64,000 nt of DNA from Microcoleus sp. (lineage in GTDB: Bacteria; Cyanobacteriota; Cyanobacteriia; Cyanobacteriales; Microcoleaceae). The DNA is taken from NCBI GenBank assembly GCA_042408215.1, contig JAYFMW010000006.1, forward strand, positions 1,018,659 through 1,082,658. Direction: 5' to 3'. Position numbers and translations under genes: made by a program. The notes under the pieces were generated by a model that ran no database searches, was not told the DNA's origin, and saw only the letters and a list, made by a program, of their open reading frames with translations. Numbering within the stretch: the first letter of the stretch is position 1; each line of letters opens with the position of its first letter. Shown in pieces: positions 59,998-64,000 of this stretch.

Positions 59998-60695
59998 AAA
60001 CTCCGACTTCAGTTCCCTGGTGCGATGGGGCCCAATTGTGCGACTGCAACTGATACAAAACTAATTGCTAGCCAGCTTGAGAGGGTGAGGACAGTGAGAT
60101 TTGTCGCAGTAATGTTTTTCGCCGTAGTTCATAACTATGCCTTGGATTTCCCCGAGCAATGAATTGATAGCTAACACTTGAACTGATGTAATAAAATTAG
60201 CATGACTCTTTGGAGCTGGATACAGGGTTTATACTGAGTTTTTTGGAATTCACATGGTCTCCGAAACTTAGCCTCAACTAGAGATTTCTCTGTTACAAAA
60301 AAGTTAACTTTACACAATCTTTATAAAAAAATCTGATCTCCGGCATTTCGGACGTTTCGGATCAGTTGTTGTCAAAAGCGTCAAGAGGACTGCTGGAAAT
60401 GAAATTGGCACTCTGGCACACCAGCTAACTGTAGACAATCTTCACAAAAGAGAGAAATTGTGTAAGCTTAACACTTATGTAACAGTCATGGACGCACACA
60501 GAGCAAAGAAACCCGGTTTTTTACCGAATCTGCGGGCTACAATCAAGAATTTCCGTAAAAAAACCCGGTTTCTGAGCCCCCATGCGTCCTGGACTGTCGA
60601 TCTAAAATCCGGGTGTACTGGAATTATTTGTTTGTAAAATTTTTGTAAAATTCGCAGTTGCGGTTTTTTCGTCACACCGCAACTGCGAACTTATC

Positions 60696-62192
60696 TTAGT
60701 TCATTAAAGCAGCGCCGCGGTTGTAAATTTCCCGCGCGTAATCAGTCCAAGTTCCCTGTCCCCAATAGCGGAAACAGCTTGTTTGCAACAACAAGTTGTA
60801 AAGCAAAGCTTGTTGGTATTCAAACTGCTTGGTAACGGTGGCATCTTGCTGCACCAGCGTGTCGTATTTTTTGTGAAATGCTGCGCTGAGTAAATTCATC
60901 GGTTCCAAGACATTTTCGTAGCCTTTCACCCAACTCAAATCGTTAGTCCAAGAAGCACCATCCATGTGAAAATTATGGTCGATTTGCTTGAGTTGAGCGA
61001 TCGCACTTTCGACTTTTTCCGGTGTCGCGCTATCTGGATCGACTAGCTGCCAGATTTTGTGCTGATTAATCCCCTGACAAATCGGATAATCTTCAGGATT
61101 AACGCCCGCCGCCTCAATTATCTCCAAATATTCAGTACCGTTTAAACCGACAACACCGGATTTTCCGCCACCTTGAGAGCGGTTTTCGTGCCAAGCTTTG
61201 ACAAAGGCGCTGGGAAATTCATTCATCATCACGCCGCCATTTTCGCCATCAGCAATCTGAGTGACCAAAGAAGGAATTGTGACATTGCCAATTTGCTGTT
61301 TATTACGTCCTTTTGCTTCGTAATAGGGCTGCATTTGACCGACCAATTTCGTATCAGAACCTTGGGTTTTAATCAAAGCAGTAATACTGATAGTTTCGCC
61401 GCGAGAATTGCGGGCTACTAAACGGTTGGGAATGTATTTTTGGTCTTGCGACAATCCCGAACCTTCGATATTTTCTACAGAATGTTCTTGCACCATCAGC
61501 CAGCGGTAGCCGCATTCTTTCAAAGCTTTGATGTATTCGTAAAGCGTGTCGGGGTGATTGGGAAAGTGCATTTCTGGGGGCGAAAAACCTTTGACGCGCT
61601 TGAGGGCATCCAAGCCAAAAATGGCGGCAAAATGATGTTGCCATGCTTGAATTTGGAGTTTGATGTCGGGAATTGGAGTTGAGGGAATGACGGCGTGACT
61701 CCACATTGTCCCCAGCCATTCTACGTGAGGTTGATATTGAGCTTCGCAGGTAATCCGCTTGAGATTGTTGAGGATATCCTCCCGTCCCATTTGGCGCAAT
61801 CCCCACAACAAATTGCCGGAATAGTCGAGCATAATTCGCGGGTTGCAACCTTCAGCAATCAGTTGGGGGATAAATTCTCCCATGCGTGAGTAGCACGAAG
61901 CAAAGACTCCGGCGTTGTGATTGTCTCCTTGGTTGGGATGTTCAAACATATTCTGGAGATTGCTGATTAGTTCGCCGTTTGCACCAGCCGGAATGGTGGG
62001 TTGGTGCATATGGAGGGCGCAGGCAAATCCGGCTTGAATGTTTTCGAGGCGAAGATTTGTCCTAGGTAGAAAGACTGGTTCATTGCTGTTGGCTGCGGAA
62101 CTGATTTCTGCTTCCGATCCGCAAATATTGGGTAATCCTGAGTTGATTTCGTTTAAAATGGGTAGGTTGGGAGATTGTGCGATCGCAGGCAT
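60696..62192 (-). CDS. Glycoside hydrolase family 57-like protein
   Basis: ALHMHQP, GFSPPEM and ADGENGG motifs; divergent from glgA. Confidence 0.8.
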   Translation of the reverse strand: MPAIAQSPNLPILNEINSGLPNICGSEAEISSAANSNEPVFLPRTNLRLENIQAGFACALHMHQPTIPAGANGELISNLQNMFEHPNQGDNHNAGVFASCYSRMGEFIPQLIAEGCNPRIMLDYSGNLLWGLRQMGREDILNNLKRITCEAQYQPHVEWLGTMWSHAVIPSTPIPDIKLQIQAWQHHFAAIFGLDALKRVKGFSPPEMHFPNHPDTLYEYIKALKECGYRWLMVQEHSVENIEGSGLSQDQKYIPNRLVARNSRGETISITALIKTQGSDTKLVGQMQPYYEAKGRNKQQIGNVTIPSLVTQIADGENGGVMMNEFPSAFVKAWHENRSQGGGKSGVVGLNGTEYLEIIEAAGVNPEDYPICQGINQHKIWQLVDPDSATPEKVESAIAQLKQIDHNFHMDGASWTNDLSWVKGYENVLEPMNLLSAAFHKKYDTLVQQDATVTKQFEYQQALLYNLLLQTSCFRYWGQGTWTDYAREIYNRGAALMN

Positions 62193-63002
62193 AGAATTTT
62201 TCTCAAGAATTGTGGAGTGGCACTGTTTACTATTGGTAAGATAGCTATATACTTTTAGACTAGCAGAAAATGTCTGCCAAAGATCAATTTATCAATTACC
62301 GATACGCACTCTCCGGTGCAAGAGCCAGAGATAATTTTCTACTTAGGAGTAATCCAAGGTAATGGATTTGACCAACTAATTTTATTTTGGCAAAATCTGG
62401 AAAAACAGGCGATCGATTACAGTTGGGCGCATCACCGCGACGAAGCTATGATATCAATTCCGGTAACACCGGAATGATTGTTGACTGTTGACTGTTGACT
62501 GTTGACTGTGAATCGAAAAACTGAAAATTGCGCTGATATATCGAAGATACATATCGAAGATACATATCGAAGATACATAGGGTGGCCACTGGTAGGGGCA
62601 ATTCATGAATTGCCCCTACTTGATCGTTCCGATGCTAGCGGATTTGATATTATGCGATCGCTCTTCGGAACTAGACGAGACAACTGGCGATTTGCTGCAA
62701 AAGATTGAGTTGACAAATGCGATAAAATGAGTTAAAATTTGCAGAATTTGCGATGGAGTTACAACAATTGCGAATCGGGCAAACGATTGTTTTTCCTCTG
62801 CTAAAGAGCTTGCAGCCTCGCCTCGATGGTATCCTCCCCGTTAGGCTATTGCCAGCGATCGCCCGCAACCGCGCCAAATTCCCCTAGTTGCGGATATCGC
62901 CCCCTTATTCCCAAGGGCCGACTTGCTTATTTGCTTAAAAATCATATAATTTGTCAAGTTAAGAAAATATTTTTTTGATTCACCCAGGAGTAAGCCGGAA
63001 AA

Positions 63003-64000
63003 ATGTACATCGTACAAATTGCCTCTGAATGCGCCCCTGTCATCAAAGCAGGAGGTTTAGGCGACGTAGTTTACGGTTTGAGTCGGGAGTTAGAAAGTTG
63101 CGGCCATGCGGTCGAGATTATTCTACCCAAGTATGACTGCATGAGGTACGACCACATTTGGGGACTTCACGTTGCCTATGAGGATTTGTTTGTGCCCTGG
63201 TACGGCGGCGAAATTCGCTGTACTGTTTACTGCGGCTGGGTGCACGGGCAGTTGTGTTTCTTCATCGAGTCTCACTCTCAGGACAATTTCTTCAATCGTG
63301 GCTGTTATTACGGCTGCAATGACGACAATATGCGGTTTGCATTTTTCAGCAAAGCCGCTTTGGAATTTTTGCTCAGAAGTAACAAGCGCCCTGATGTGAT
63401 TCACTGTCACGATTGGCAAACTGGTTTAGTACCAGTCATGCTGTTTGAAATCTACAAATACAATTGGATGGAAAATCAGCGAGTCTGCTATACCATTCAC
63501 AATTTCAAACATCAAGGTATGGGCGGCAGCGAAGTTCTGCAAGCAACGGGTTTGAATCGAGAGGATTATTATTTTGAGTACGATCGCCTCCGAGATAATT
63601 TTAACCCTTTTGCGATCAACTTTATGAAAGGTGGCATGGTTTACTCGAACTTTGTCACCACGGTGTCACCACACCACGCTTGGGAAGCTCATGTGGGTCA
63701 GTTTGGCTATGGGTTGGGGCACACTTTGCATTTGTATCAAGATAAGTTTCGCGGGGTGCTCAACGGTATTGATTATGATGTGTGGAATCCAGAAAGCGAT
63801 CGCTACATTCCCCACCACTACACTCAGGAAAATCTGGCCGGAAAAGCCAAAACTAAAAAAGCTTTGCGCGATCGACTTTTACTGCGGGATGTTGACAAGC
63901 CAATTATTGCGTTTATCGGTCGTTTAGACGACCAAAAAGGTGTTCACCTCGTCCACCACGCAATTTATTATGCTCTGAGTAAAGGTGCACAATTTGTGCT
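63003..64000 (+). CDS. glgA: Glycogen synthase, 3'-truncated by window edge
   Basis: MYIVQIASECAPVIKAGGLGDV, HCHDWQTGL, YTIHNF and IGRLDDQKG motifs. Confidence 0.95.
   Translation, partial: MYIVQIASECAPVIKAGGLGDVVYGLSRELESCGHAVEIILPKYDCMRYDHIWGLHVAYEDLFVPWYGGEIRCTVYCGWVHGQLCFFIESHSQDNFFNRGCYYGCNDDNMRFAFFSKAALEFLLRSNKRPDVIHCHDWQTGLVPVMLFEIYKYNWMENQRVCYTIHNFKHQGMGGSEVLQATGLNREDYYFEYDRLRDNFNPFAINFMKGGMVYSNFVTTVSPHHAWEAHVGQFGYGLGHTLHLYQDKFRGVLNGIDYDVWNPESDRYIPHHYTQENLAGKAKTKKALRDRLLLRDVDKPIIAFIGRLDDQKGVHLVHHAIYYALSKGAQFV

Larger units (their letters stand above)
50156..60482. repeat. Tandem duplication of an approx 5-kb cassette (50156-55157 and 55266-60482)
   Basis: Both copies share the first 12 codons of the ligase gene at one end and TTAACACTTATGTAA at the other; intergenic blocks are near-identical. 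Confidence 0.85.

Noticed and set aside
62540..62620. 13-bp triple repeat and GTAGGGGCAATTCATGAATTGCCCCTAC palindrome as a regulatory system
   Set aside because: Consistent with ordinary dispersed REP/MITE-type repeats; no further evidence.

Overview
Chromosomal segment of a filamentous cyanobacterium, probably Oscillatoriales/Microcoleus-like (frequent HIP1 GCGATCGC octamers, heptamer STRR repeats, psaL/psaI). Contents: (1) 1-11150, a type IV pilin gene among three GT41/SPINDLY-like O-glycosyltransferases and several methyltransferase domains. (2) Housekeeping genes: sdhA, nadA, psaL-psaI, glgA, acyltransferase/hydrolase, DUF39, tRNA-Ser(TGA). (3) A very high load of RNA-guided OMEGA elements with no transposase in the window: three damaged iscB elements, one IsrB-type element with two different tnpB elements nested inside it, two further tnpB genes, and a protein-free omegaRNA-only element in mpg. 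All four IscB/IsrB elements end directly against an ATGA that starts the downstream host ORF. (4) A small island next to tRNA-Ser: a coiled-coil/wHTH gene, an atypical long-variable-arm tRNA with a Leu-like body and an Arg(CCU) anticodon, a KilA-N gene, and a tnpB apparently co-transcribed with it. (5) A roughly 5-kb tandem duplication of a PEP-CTERM surface-protein cassette with conserved scaffolds and swapped variable modules, next to an O-antigen-ligase-like gene. All calls come from reading the sequence by eye; no database searches were run.
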